A stretch of DNA of 64,000 nt, from contig OZ316896.1 of assembly GCA_973895155.1 (NCBI GenBank), forward strand, positions 3,820,738 to 3,884,737. The letters are read 5' to 3'. The translations under genes were made by a program, and so were the position numbers. The notes under the pieces are model-generated. The model did no database searches and had not been told where the DNA came from. It saw only the letters and a list, made by a program, of their open reading frames with translations. The stretch comes from Marsupella aquatica. Taxonomy: Eukaryota; Plantae; Marchantiophyta. Below, piece after piece: positions 23,953 to 36,545 of this stretch. Numbering within the stretch: position 1 is the stretch's first letter; each line of letters starts with the position of its first letter.

Positions 23953-25405
23953 TGCACATGAAATATTGTTCATATGGTTTTGAGAGTGGAAAAATAGAGA
24001 GAAAATAAATATTTTTAAAAATTTCACAAGAATTGTGTTACTTTGGACACAATTCATTCTTGTGAATTTTAGTACCAATTTAAAAAAGTGCAGAAAAGAC
24101 TGTAATGAAAAAAAGACAAAATTGGTGTTATTAATTTGGACTCAAAATCAAATTAATTTACCAAAATTAGTGTTGACTCTAATTCTTGCATAACACTGAT
24201 TACACTCATTTTTACATTTAGTGTTATGTAAGAGTTAGAGTTAACACAGATTATGGTGAAGAGTGGTAACTTTTTTCTTTTTGAGAAAAATTACTTTTGC
24301 TTGTTACTCTTCTATCCATAGTAGCCAAAGAGTTTCTTAAGTTACCTTGGTAAATGTTAGAGTAGTTGAAGAGTTTATTTTTACTTGTCAATTATAAAAA
24401 ATGTGTAAAATAAATTAAAAATTGAAAGAGATTACCAGAAAACACTCATATATCAATCACAACTCATTCAAAGATTATTTTCTTTCACCCCTATTTACCT
24501 TTTTCTTTGTCTGCTTGAAATGTTACTTTTCAGTTTTCCATTGCTTTTACATTTAAGGGTCAAACTGTTTTTCTTTGTCTTGCCTCAAACACAAATATTC
24601 AAATTTGGTTCTTCTTGCAGAACTAACGGTTGGAGTAGACTACTTCATCAATTATCAGTTACTGATAACTGATAATTGCTATCAGCGACTGATATCAATT
24701 ATTAATTTGTTCGTCCTTAGTTTTTTTGTAATCTCAGCTGAGTAGCTGAGATAGGCCTCTGCACCTTTGTGCATCTCAATTGGGCAGTTGAGATTGGCCC
24801 AAACTTGGCTGACCTCGCCAAGAGGGGTGTTCGGACAGGAAAAAACAAAAACCAAAACCAAAAATTTGGAAAAAAAACTTCCCAATATTACATGTCTGTA
24901 ACATATGTGCATAGCTAATCTTAGCTTGCCTTGCTGAGATGGGCAGCCAATCTCAGCTGGCCTTGCCGGGATGGGCGTCTATATGGTACAGACAACCGAT
25001 AGTGAAAAGAAAATCCAAAAAAAATCCTATTAAATTTTGAAATATAAATTGAATTTTTTTCCCAATGTTTTTTCCCCATTTTTTTAACTTTTTTTTCTTG
25101 CCGCAACTGGATGGTCTCTCTGAAATGATATAACAACTGATATCAAGTAAATTGATAGAGATGACTGATAAGATAATTATACTTCTAACAATTTTTGTTT
25201 GTGATAAATCATGTTGATGTGACTACACGTGCATCCAGGAATTTTGGAAGGAACTTCTCATGAGGTCCGTAAATAAGTTGGTCCCTATCATTACACATAG
25301 TAAAGTTCTAATGTCTTAGCCAAAACTTATGGGGTCTAGAGAGAGTAAATGCAAAATACCCTGAATAATAATGGTAATAATGGCAGTTTGGTTCATTCTT
25401 TTAGA

Positions 25406-25584
25406 CCACCTCAAGAGAAGGTCTAACTGTTTGATAAATAAAAATCTTTGTGATGGAAGCAACATGGGTTATGTTGGCTGCCTAAAACTACAGCTTACCA
25501 CCTCAAGCCAAGGTCTAACTGTTTGATAAATAAAAATCTTTGTGATGGAAGCAACATGGGTTATGTTGCCTAAAACTACAGCTT
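25406..25584. repeat. ~92-bp near-identical tandem duplication
   Basis: AAGGTCTAACTGTTTGATAAATAAAAATCTTTGTGATGGAAGCAACATGGGTTATGTTG occurs twice. Confidence 0.9.
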
Positions 25585-25685
25585 TTTTACCTGTCAAATT
25601 TTGACAATCTATAAGTGTTGAAAAACACACAGCTTGTCAAGAACAAGCATAAGATTGTCCAAAAAAAGGTGTCCCCTATGGGAAC

Positions 25686-25923
25686 CATCCATAATGTATT
25701 CAAAAGAGAGGTATCTGAAAATAACATAGATATATTCACTATTCTCTTAAGCAATTTAAGATCAAATGAGAAAAATATAATCACAAACTATAACACAATG
25801 TTAAGCATCCATGTTGTATTGAAAGAAGAGGTATCTGAAAATAACAAAGATATATTGATTATTCTCTCAAGTAATTTAATATTGAATGAGGAAAATATAA
25901 TCAAAAATTATAATACAATGTTG
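25686..25923. repeat. 120-bp tandem duplication
   Basis: CATCCAT...AGAGGTATCTGAAAATAACA...AAAATATAATCA...ACAATGTT occurs twice. Confidence 0.85.
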
Positions 25924-26279
25924 CGTCAAAAAATGTACACTAGTGATCTTCATTTAAATTTGGCTAGCTGTTTTGGGTAAGAGAACAAAATACCTGAAAA
26001 AGTGGAAAGAATCAACCAAGATTGAATTATATTTGGTGTACACTTTTTTCAAAGAAAAACCAAAAACCAAATATGACTCTTCATCAAAATATTGGTTTTT
26101 TTGGCAATATCAGATCTATCATAGGCTGCCCTTGCCTGCCTGAGATAAATAAATTTATGAAAAAATATTTACATTTGTTTACTTTGTAGAAAGATTTGGA
26201 AATTTTGAATATATTTTGAATATAAATAAAATATAGAAAATACTTCTCCAAAATTTAAATACTAGAGAAAAATATAAAT

Positions 26280-26720
26280 CTTGTCCCTCGGTTGTGCTTG
26301 GATTTATGTTGTGCTTGGATTTATGATGTAGTGGCTGCTATCTTGCATCTTCAATTTGACGTGGGTTATTCAATACTACCACAATAATTGTAGAGTTGGG
26401 ATCACACAGATTAACTTGTCTCAACAATTACATCACAAATCTTCTATGTTTTTCTCTCCCTTTGACATTTTTTCTTGTCTTGACATATGTTTCTAATCTT
26501 CAAGTATTTATCTCTCTTTAACGTCCTTATCTTGCCTTCATGTATTTTTCTCACATTAACATCTTTGTCCCACCACAACATTTTTTCTAAACTTTGACAT
26601 CTTACTTTCCTCTCCTCAAGATCTTTTCTCACTTAGTTGGTTCAACATCTTTTCTTCACCTCTTAACATCTTTTCTCACCTTAATTAACATCTTATCTCT
26701 TTCTCATCTTGCCATCTTTA
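26280..26720 (+). mobile_element. Non-autonomous Helitron-family internal fragment with ACATCTTTTTCTCA repeats
   Basis: Homologous to 29650-29800 joined to 31045-31270. The same repeats abut Helitron-type 3' ends at 29804 and 63318. Confidence 0.55.
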
Positions 26721-28342
26721 TCTCTTGGGCCCAAGGCCAATGGAGCTGACTCCATGGGCAACAGACGCTTGGGGCACGAGTTATAGCCCGATCCGGGTTT
26801 GGTTGATCGGGGGTCCTGGGCGATGATGGTATCTGAGGGCCTAGGCATGAGCACTTGGTCGGCCCAATCACAATGGGCTAAGGCACTCCACTTACAAACG
26901 CCTATTGTAACTAGAAAGTTATGGGCATTGCCAGTTGGTGGCGCCCAGACATGCGGGTGAGGGTCCAGGTGGGGGGCCAAAATTTGGGGACCCAAGTTGG
27001 TTTGAGGGTGGCAGGTCTCCAAAAGCATATATGAGGGGAGTGGTGTCTCCCTGGGGGCTAAGGGTGAGCCAAAGTCGTGGGCTACGACGGACACGACACT
27101 AAGGGAAAATGTCAAATGGAAACAACGATAATTTCCCAACGGGAAGTCCGTTGGAAGACTTCTTGGGTGCGTTGGAAAGCTCTCAAGGAGGGCTACGTCC
27201 TCTTGAGCTCAGTTGGGCTGGGGGTGCCATAGGTTCTCGGGGTTTGCGAGGGCTATCGCCCGCTTGCCAAATCCTACTGAAACAATAGCCAAGTTGCGTT
27301 AAGTCCCTCAAGGGAGCTTGCGTTGGGGAGGCAAGGCCAAGTAGGCATGGAGGATGATTTCCAAGGCACTTGGCTCCTAGATCATCAATGGGGCGAGAAC
27401 CAAGAGTTGGTCGCTAGAGTCGGGGCCATTATGGTCTTGGCGTGTTGGGACAAGCTTGGGACAAGCTTTAGGACAAGCTACGCTATTTGGGCCATGAGCA
27501 TGTCCTAGGGATAGGGTAGTCAATTGGTGATGGATAGGTACGAGGAGGAACCCGGGCTGCACCCAAGGAAGGAACTGTTATGGACGAATAGTGGGTGTTG
27601 GTTCTAGTTCCGACTTATGGCATCGGGCGGACCTATCACTGACCTACTTACCAATGTATGTTGAGCTTGAGTTAGGATGCTAGAATTGAGAGATCTAGAT
27701 CCTGAGGGGTTACTTACCGAGATGCTTGGTTGTTTGTGCAGACAGTGAGGACCATTGAGTAGCGGTCGTGTTGGAGAGCAAGCGCGGCTTTGTATGGGAG
27801 GGGCCACAGGCGATGCAAGGGGCACTAGGTTGTTTGCTTGAGGTATTCTGTGGAGGCGTTTGGGCACCAAAGGCACTTAGGCGTGGGTGTTGGGATTGTT
27901 GAGGGTGTTGGGTGGCAAGGTCCACCACTGTACATAACTCCTTAGAGGCTACCTAAATACACATCCTATACTAGTCTTCTTACAAGCTACCTAAATACAC
28001 ATCCTATAAGAATGTTAAGTCCAAAACTTTAAACCATAAGACTTTTCTTGTGAGACTCCTTTGATACTTCCCATTGCCGCCTAATGTCCTAATTACATGG
28101 CAAAAATACACAACCATACTGCTGTGAAAATTCTATTTTTTCTAACCTATCCCCCCAAACTCTCATGTTTTGGAACATTCCTAATAATCTGACAACTCTC
28201 CCCCCAAACTATTGACGTAGTCAATCGGGTCCGAAGGATGTCTATACACATACACACCAATTATAATAATCCAAATGTAAGTTCCTTGCACAATTAAATT
28301 TTAGGGAGAGAAGGATAAAGGTCAAATTATAGCTTTTTACTC

Positions 28343-28823
28343 ACCTGTCCCCCAAACTACCCAATATTACTAATTTTCTCAACTAAACAAAATTAATTAT
28401 CAACTCTCCCCCCATTTTGTATTTAACTTAGTATTAATTTGTATACGCGCGGGTTTTCATTGTCATGTGGCAGGTTGATACTGGTTAGCCTAAACCTACC
28501 ACCAACCCCTTCAGTCCCTCTTCCCCTTCCCCGCTGTGTTTTCCTGACTAAAGATGAGGCCAAAAGTGTCTTTTGGGAGGGGAGTGCGAAGCAAAATTGA
28601 CATGTTTTCGCCCCTTCAAGACCTATGACTGTGACTTGCAACAGGGAAGGGGAGCCGAGAGGGGTCACATTGGGTTAAGGCTAGCCAGTAGCCACTTGCC
28701 ACATGGCAATGAGAACCTGAGTGTATATAAGTTAATACTAACTCAAATCAAAATGGGGACAGATTGATAATTAAATTTGAGACTGGGGCAAGTTTGTAAT
28801 ATTGGATAGTTTGGGGGACAGGT
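28343..28823. mobile_element. Foldback/MULE-like non-autonomous element with ~155-bp diverged TIRs
   Basis: 28343-28498 (ACCTGTCCCCCAAACTA...CATTGTCATGTGGCAGG) is inverted at 28671-28823 (CTTGCCACATGGCAATG...TAGTTTGGGGGACAGGT). Confidence 0.75.
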
Positions 28824-29803
28824 TTACAAAAATTTAAACAAATAATTATAATTATGTAACACTGCCTAAGTACAAAAAGCACCATACTGGGGAGACAGGA
28901 TCCCCAAGGTAGAAAACAAGCTGGAAACCCAATAAGTGGGATAAATTATTTCCTTCTTTAAGTCACCGGAGTCACAATAAATGTTATCTAGTGTGCTTAA
29001 AGAATGTGACAAAGGGAATGAATCAACCAAAAATTAATTACATTTAGTGTTTGGTGTGAAGGGAAAAAGTGACACGGTTTTCTAAGCAACAAAAACCCTG
29101 GTGGTAATCACACATCAAAATGTGACTGCATTCATTGATTGAAAGGAAAAAACTAGGATTATCACAGTATGCACGGGTGTTGTACATAATATATGTCATA
29201 TTTTGATGTGCACTTACCGAGACCCCAAGAAAAGTGGGCTGCCAATGCATGAGAGTACTTTTGGTACCATCCATGCATTGGAAGTCATCCTTACATATGA
29301 ACCTTTCGTTCCTCTACCATTTTTTATCACTATAATACCCTATCCTCGATCATTTGTAAGCTTCAACTAATTTTGACCTTTCATCAAAGCATTATTTTTT
29401 AACACCTTCAAATTTATCCATATACCGTAACTATCTAAAATAAATCTCTGTCCAAGATACCCTTTAGTGTGCTAGCACCTGCTCAAGATGAAGAACAATA
29501 AAAAATAACTACATTTATTCATCTTTAAATTATCTAAATTTAAAACGGAAATTTTGGAGAAAACATTGATTTTTTTGAAAAACTTTGAATATAAATATTA
29601 CATAGAATATTTATTTCTCTAAGAATTTTAGGTTAAATAAAATGTCTTTTTTTCCTGTCACTCAATTGTGCTTGGACTCCATGATGCGGTGGCCGCTATC
29701 TCACCTCTTAAATTTCTATGTGCAATGGATAATGGATGGGTTATTGAACATGACCACAAAAGTGTATGGTTGGGATCACACATACCATGTCTCGATTACT
29801 ACA

Positions 29804-31045
29804 CTAGCTCACTACCTGTGCATTGCACAAACGATGTTGTGTCAGCCAAGATTTGGCTGAGAAAAAAGATGTTGTGTTGGCCAATTAGACATCGTTGAGA
29901 AAAAAGAAGTTGTGCCGGCCAAGACGTTGTTGAGAAAAAAGATGTCATGTCGGCCAAGATGTTGTGTCAACCAAGACATCATTGAGAAAAAAAATGTTAT
30001 GTTGGCCAAGAAGTCATTGAGAAAAAATATGTCAGCCAAAACGTCTTTGAGAAAAAATACCCATGTGTTGCACAAAAGATGTCGTTAAGAAAAAAGAATT
30101 AATTTTGCCAAAAAATGCCATTATGTCAAAGATGTCATTAAAAAAGGTGTCATTTTGCCAAAGATATCGTGAAGTAAAAGATGTTGTGAGAAAAAAGGTG
30201 TCACTTCACCCAATATGTCATTATGTGAAAGATGTTGTGAAGTAAAAAGTCAAGGAGGGAAGAGTCGACCAAGAGTCAGGGTTGTCGCAACTCGATGTTG
30301 TCGTCATGGCCTGCATCCAAGGGGCGACATGGTTTTTTGGTCCTATTCCTTTGTCTTTGTCCTTCAGTTGTCTTTTTCTTGTATTGATTTCTTTTTTACC
30401 CAAAATGCCCCTGCATCTGAATAATGACCAAGCTATAAATTGGCGCAATGTTACATTATAGGTTTAGGGTTTAATGAGAGGTGTTTTAAAATTAAAAAAA
30501 AAAACCTTTTTTCTCTTCTGTTCTTTTTAAACCTTAACACCCCCCCCCCCCCTCCCCCCTCTTTTCACCCATTTCACTATTTTTGGTCTTCTCTTTTTCT
30601 CATTCACCGTCACTCCACTGGCTCGCCGTCCCTCCCCACCAATGAGAGGTTGGAGCCTTTTGAGGGGCTGCCCTACATGATTGCAAGAATGCCCCTCGCC
30701 CGACACGTTACTCTATTGACTAAAATACTATTTGCAATTAAACTATGGTGCATCACAATATTGAATATGTACACTATTTACTTGCATGTGATTATGTATA
30801 ATCATGGAGGGAAGATACTCCTTGGTCCTCATGCATTGTGTTAAAGTGTCACTTTCTTGTTGTTATCTAGTGTGATTATTTCTTGCTTGGACAATGGTGC
30901 AACTTTTTGTGAGTCACACTAAACTAAATTCACACTTTGTCTTTATTCATTACCTTTGACCAAATTTGTAATTTTTGTGCCCTGCAAATTTGAATGACGA
31001 CCACACTATTTTTTTGGCGCAAAGTTGTATTGTAGAAGTTAATTG
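29804..31045 (-). mobile_element. Helitron-like insertion nested in an oppositely oriented related copy
   Basis: The left end A-CTAG-ctcactacc-TGTGCATTGCACA reads as a minus-strand hairpin + CTAG|T. TGAGAAAAAAGATGT repeats span 29840-30240. The right boundary is inferred from resumed homology to 26435 onward. Confidence 0.6.
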
Positions 31046-31550
31046 TAAATCTTCTAATTTCCTGTCTCGCCTTGACATCTTTTTTAGAATCTTCACATAT
31101 TTATCTCTCCTCAACATCTTTTCTTTGCCTTGCCATCTTTTTCTCATCTCGCCATCTTTATCTTATGATGATATTTTTCTCTCACCCTTGATATTTTTTC
31201 ACTCCTTGACCATTTTTCTCATCTTGACAACTTTTTTCACCTTGACATCTTATCTCATCTCAACATCTTTTGGGTGCTCTGCTGCCTTCTATTGAAAAAA
31301 TAAACAAAACATCTTTTGTGCAACGGAGATGTGTTGGGCCAGTAAGGTTATGACAAGATGTTTTTGCAAGTTAATAAGCATAATAAAAGTTGCCATGTCC
31401 TTTTCTGTTACTCAATAAAGAGTGATTTCCATTCTTTAAAAACAAAGGAAAGATTCTTTTGATTTTAGTCCACAAGGATCATATCTTGTGATGATGCACT
31501 ATAAAGGTTTGTGTTTGTTCCATGGCAAAAGCGAAGGAAGATAACCAACT

Positions 31551-31770
31551 GGCACTGGTCAGTTTGGCCAGGATGAGCCTAGAACCGAGAGGTCCCAGGT
31601 TCAATCCCCCCTCCACATGCAAGGGTTGTGGAGGGTGAGTGTGTGTGTGGGTGGGGTGTAGTGGTGGGAGTCCTGGTTTCTCTTCAACCCCTGGCTGGTC
31701 GGCTTTGGGGCTCTGGTCCAACTCTCTCTCCCTCCTAGTACTGGGTATGACCCCCCTTGTGGGCTACCCT
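31551..31770 (+). mobile_element. tRNA-derived SINE-like element, family 2
   Basis: A-box-like TGGTCAGTTTGG (31556-31567) and B-box GGTTCAATCC (31598-31607). Related sequence lies on the minus strand at 57833-57945. Confidence 0.5.
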
Positions 31771-33441
31771 ATAGAAGTGCATGCTCTCAAGTTGATCATC
31801 TATCCTCTGTTGGATGGGTCAGCTTTCGGTATTCAAGGCAAAACAAAAGTAAAGGAAAATACCAACAGGTGTAAGCTTCAAGCCCACTCTCATGAGTGTG
31901 GGGCATGGTTGCTCTTTTTCTTGGACTAGGTTGACTATCCCTTGTTGTTTCATAGCAGTCTAAACCCCCACTAGCCATGATAAAATCTAGATCCACCAGA
32001 TTTTACCATTAATATGTCCTTCTCCTGAAATTGTGGAGCACAGGCAAGATGGAGGGGACAGAAGATAAATGTGAAAAGGAAGAAGTGTTGGACACTTCCC
32101 ATTTTACATGGCTAGTGACGATAAAATACCAGAGTTTTAATTCCAGTTGTTATTCTCCTGAGTGTCATTTCCATCTTAAAGGTGACATTATAAAGAGAAA
32201 ACCTTAAAAATTGCCCTGAAAAGTATGTCTGTTTACTTCCCTACTCCCAAGGGACACTACTGTAGACGGAATGTACGCTCTCGCTCCAGTGAAAGGTAGG
32301 GCTATGGTGGCTAGCTCATATTCTCTGATCCTCAGGGTAGGCAGCTCAACAACTCTCTTTTGATCACACCACCCACTAACAACACAGCCACACACCAACA
32401 GTACAACGCGATCCTGAGGAGAGAAGCTGATGCAATGCACATGATGTACAGTCTCTACAAGTACACGAAAGAAGAAGGAATTTGCATGCACAAAGATGTT
32501 GTTCATCGAGGAAGGACGACGATGACGATGATGATGCAGACGATTTGAGTCTGGGTTCGAGTCGATGCAAAATCAGCAACGGGCGAGCTCTATTTCATCG
32601 AAGGCGATGAGATACTGTGGGATCATGGGAAGCTAATGGGATATCCCATCTTTCCTTCCGATTCCTTCCAGCGCTTCGTTTTGGAGTGTGGCAAACAGGT
32701 TTGACTTCAGTCAAGAAAGGAGTCTATGTAGAAAAATAGGGCTCATGCATCACCGTCATAGGTGGTCTGCTATTGCGTGTTTCCCTAATAGGGGGTTGCG
32801 GGCTAGGATTTCGAGTGAAGGTTCGTGGAGATGGAGTTGAGGCGACAGCTTGTGACACTTGGTCAGCAGAGGTTTCTCTGTGGACACCTCTAATATCTCT
32901 GGACTGCGGGCGGTCAGAGTAACACGATCAAAAGGCGTCGGCAATCTGATACTTTCGATGTCCCTTCGAGACTAAAGTTGTGTACTGTACTTCTGTGCCA
33001 AGAGGACAGCAGACAAGTCGGAGGGTCCTTCTAGAGAGAATTGTTTTTCTTGGGGCACACAATTGACTGACAGGTTTGCGTGTAACGTACACGGAAAGCT
33101 GGACTTCTCCAGCCACGATCAATCTGCCACGATCAATCTGTTTTATTGTTCAGCGTATCGTGTGCTCTAGTAGCTGTTGTATCGTCGAGCCTCACTCTAC
33201 AGCTCTCCATACTTACTTTCGAGGAAAGAACAAGGGCTACAAACGTACACTCTTGAGGCAGTATGGACCGACGATAATAGCACATCAAAAAGGAGTGGCC
33301 TAGGGTGTATTGTGCTACTATGGGTTTTTCATACCTTGATAAAACTGGATTGCTCTATTATGTCACCTTTGTTGTTCCTTGTACGGATCAGCTAGTGCAT
33401 TTTGATTTGATGTGGAGCTAAGGTTTTTATTTTTTCACTAG

Positions 33442-33669
33442 AGTGGCGAATGTCCAGTGTGAGAAGGAGAAGATACTCAAATTATTCTTTATCTGATTAT
33501 TTTCCTGACCGCCAGATCTCCCTAGATGTAAGGATGACCGCTAGATTCTGGCTAATGGGGCCTGTGATTAGGTGGAACACTGGCTAATGAGACAGAAAAT
33601 AGTAGCAAAATTTTGCCAAAAGTGGTGAAAGCTTTTTGGGGAGGTGGAATTTGGTGAATTTTTGCCACT
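33442..33669. mobile_element. MITE-like element, second full copy
   Basis: AGTGGCGAA...TTTGCCACT; colinear with 23259-23480 (CAGATCTCCCTAGAT, AGGTGGAACACTGGCTAATGAGA). Confidence 0.7.
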
Positions 33670-34671
33670 AAAAAGACACTGATGTGCAGTACCATGACCC
33701 AAAGATATGCTTGAGAGCCTAATCTAAGATTTTTGAGTCCGAAAAAAAATCTCTAAAAGCAGTGGCTTGACAAGTCCAATGTTAGTAAGTCACGTACAGA
33801 AAAACTGCCATGAGGCAAATGGTTGTTGAAGTATCTTACATGTCATCTGAGGAAGTGTCCTCCAGAAAAATGTCATCAAGAAAAAGAAAAGTAAGTGATG
33901 CAAGAATGTGTTGTAGAGCCAAAGAAGGTATTGATGTATCTTATGTGTATTGATGCAAGGGTGCATTGTGGAAACAAGGTTAACTTGTTGCCCATATGCT
34001 GCCCAATGATTATTGCAACTGTGTTATCATTGTGATGAATTTGTCATTGTAGTGGTGATGTTGTTGTGGAAGTCAATTCTTGTTTCAATTTGCTTGTTAT
34101 TGCTGCAGTGTGGTTGTTGCGACAGATATGTCATTCAGGCCACTGGGCAATCATGTTGTGGGGTAACTAAGGAAGTATCTCAGTGATGTGGCTGTCGTTG
34201 CCATCATATTGTCACTCCGGTCTTGGGTCCAGGTGTGCTTGCCCATTATGGGGAAGGAGAAGGTTTGTTTGTTTTTCCCCACTCCCTCCCCTTTATCTCC
34301 TCCCCCTCCTTGCATGCGGGAGGTGGAGGGTCACAAAGGAAGTGCAAGGCAAGTGGAGGCTAGTGCCTCACAAGATTGCTCCAGGCAGGGACGAGGGAGG
34401 GCATGCATTGCAAGACAGGGTAAGGGCGGGCATGCAATGACAGTTTCTTGGGTGGATCCAATGGCTCAAGAGAAAAAGTCTGCAATCAAATGTGAGGATG
34501 GCTTCCTGCCAGAGTACAATTTGTGAAGAGGCATTGACGGGAGGAAATGGACAGGATTGCATGTTATAGTGTGTAGAAACAAAGGTCAACAAGGCAGAAA
34601 TCTTAAGAGATCTAATTTTACAAAGTGATGTTGGGGACACAAAGGAGGATAAAATTTGTTGTTTCAATGAA

Positions 34672-34900
34672 TCTACAACTATAATATTAAGGGATCCTGC
34701 CTTTTTTCGTCCTTCGTCACCATACAAAAAAGCTACTGGGCGGGAAAGATCCACAGCCGTTGGATTTGATTAGCTGTTTTTGCTCACCATTGATGAGAGA
34801 AATATACATCCCTATCACGTATTTGCTTCCCGCTGCCCCGTAATGCCCCCGGCCAATCCCTATGGGCCTACCCTCCTTGCACAGTGCAAAGCATTGGCAT
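34672..34900 (+). mobile_element. Helitron-like 5' end, copy 1
   Basis: A|TCTACAACTATAATATTAAGGGATCC start; about 200 bp homologous to 36326-36545 (TACAAAAAAGCT, TGGGCGGGAAAGATCCA). Confidence 0.6.
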
Positions 34901-35976
34901 AGGGCTCGTATTATATAATTTAGTTGAAAATCTTTCAAGACAAAAGAACAAATTGGAAATGAGAGCAATGCAGCATAACTTTATATTAACTTAATGTAAT
35001 AATTTAACTCTTTCACTCAAGTCAGAGGCTTATGATTGGAGTGGGACGGAGATGCGTGTACTCACAGATGTCCCTGAATCCAAGAATGTGGAATAAGGTA
35101 TATTAATTCCATTGAGAATGATGAGAGTTATGCATGGAGTGGGCGGCCCCCCTTGGCTACCTGGTCAAGTCAAACTAGCATTACTCAATTGAACCTATTA
35201 AAGATGTTGGCTCCTGGCTAGCTCATGGTCTAATTTAACTCACTACCCAAGATGGAGGACCATTTTTAACATGTATGTGACCCCCTTGGTCAAGGAGATG
35301 TGGACTGGGATCATAAATTGCTTGACCATTTATCAGCTAAGGACAGTCATATGAGATTTAGTTGCTGGACCTAGCCACCAAGCCCCCTCACCAAACCCAA
35401 TACATTTGCCTAAGTACTCCTAGCTTGGTGCCCAAACACCTACACTAAAATCCGCAGCCAACGGCAGCCACTAGTAGAAAAGGGGGTTGATTATGACTTA
35501 ACTACTTAGGACCCTAGTGACCCCAGCCAGTTTATATGACTCCAAATGGAGTGGAGTCATTCATAACACTCCCTTAATGACTAATGTCATTGGACTATAA
35601 TTAGCTAAGTCAACAAGAATCACTCCAATCATTCTTTTGTATAACTCAGTTTTTTTATTTGGATGACACTTGTATAATGTGCTCACATAGTACTAGATAC
35701 AAATATTCATTAAATTAAGAGAAGTGAAGTGGCACCTAGGAATGGCAATGTGGCATTCGTCAATTTGGTTACCATTGAGGTGAAGCCAAGTGTGGGGCTT
35801 CAAGGAGGTGAGCTTTGAGATGGGAGTTTCAAAAGAAGCATGTATGCAGAGATATATGTTTGATGGGCCCCAGTGAACCTTTCTTACCTAATATGTCTCT
35901 AGGTAACTTTTCTTATCTAGTAGCCCCCCCTAGGTAACTTTGCTTACCTAATAGGCCTCTTATCGGTATTTTTTGT

Positions 35977-36046
35977 CGGGTTAATGCCTGAAGACACAAT
36001 GAAACACGGGAAAACTTAATCCATTGTGTCTTCAGGCATTAACCCG
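35977..36046. repeat. Perfect 25-bp stem hairpin with 20-nt loop
   Basis: CGGGTTAATGCCTGAAGACACAATG (35977-36001) pairs with CATTGTGTCTTCAGGCATTAACCCG (36022-36046). Confidence 0.95.
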
Positions 36047-36325
36047 TCGAATCTTGTGATAATGGCATTGTTGCCCGTTGCGATGAACCGTGGTAGGTTA
36101 CGGTGACCCGCGTGGTGGATTAGGCGCTGTAGACTGCAACGACAAGCATGGTGGACTGGGTCTGGGAGCACAGTGCACTACGAGGCAATGGGTGTGGTTA
36201 ACTGTGCATAGCAGACACCACACATGCAAGAACAGGTGTACGGGTCATTCAGAGGGGTCCTACTTGGTAAAAAATGTTTCATGGGGGTAATCAAATAGAG
36301 TGTGTGAAACTAAATATATATATTA

Positions 36326-36545
36326 TCTGCAACTATAATAAGGGATCCCACATTTTTTTCGTCCTAGCTTTGTCCCAATACAAAAAAGCTCATGGGCGGG
36401 AAAGATCCATAGCCCTTGGATTTGTTTGGTTGTTTACCCTGACCATTGATGGAGGAAGTGGGCACCCTTGGTGCATATGTGCTTCCCCATGCTGCCCCAT
36501 AATTGCCCTGGCTGGACTCCCTATGGGCTGGCCCTCCAATGCTCT
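36326..36545 (+). mobile_element. Helitron-like 5' end, copy 2
   Basis: A|TCTGCAACTATAATAAGGGATCC start; homologous to the 34672 copy. Confidence 0.6.

Noticed and set aside
25615-25980. 121-aa ORF with an internal repeat
   Set aside because: Produced by an AT-rich 120-bp tandem duplication, with no protein features.
26720-27930. GC-rich tract suggestive of a retroelement relic
   Set aside because: No RT, gag or endonuclease motif was recognised; only a short shared motif with ~35410-35445. Left unclassified.
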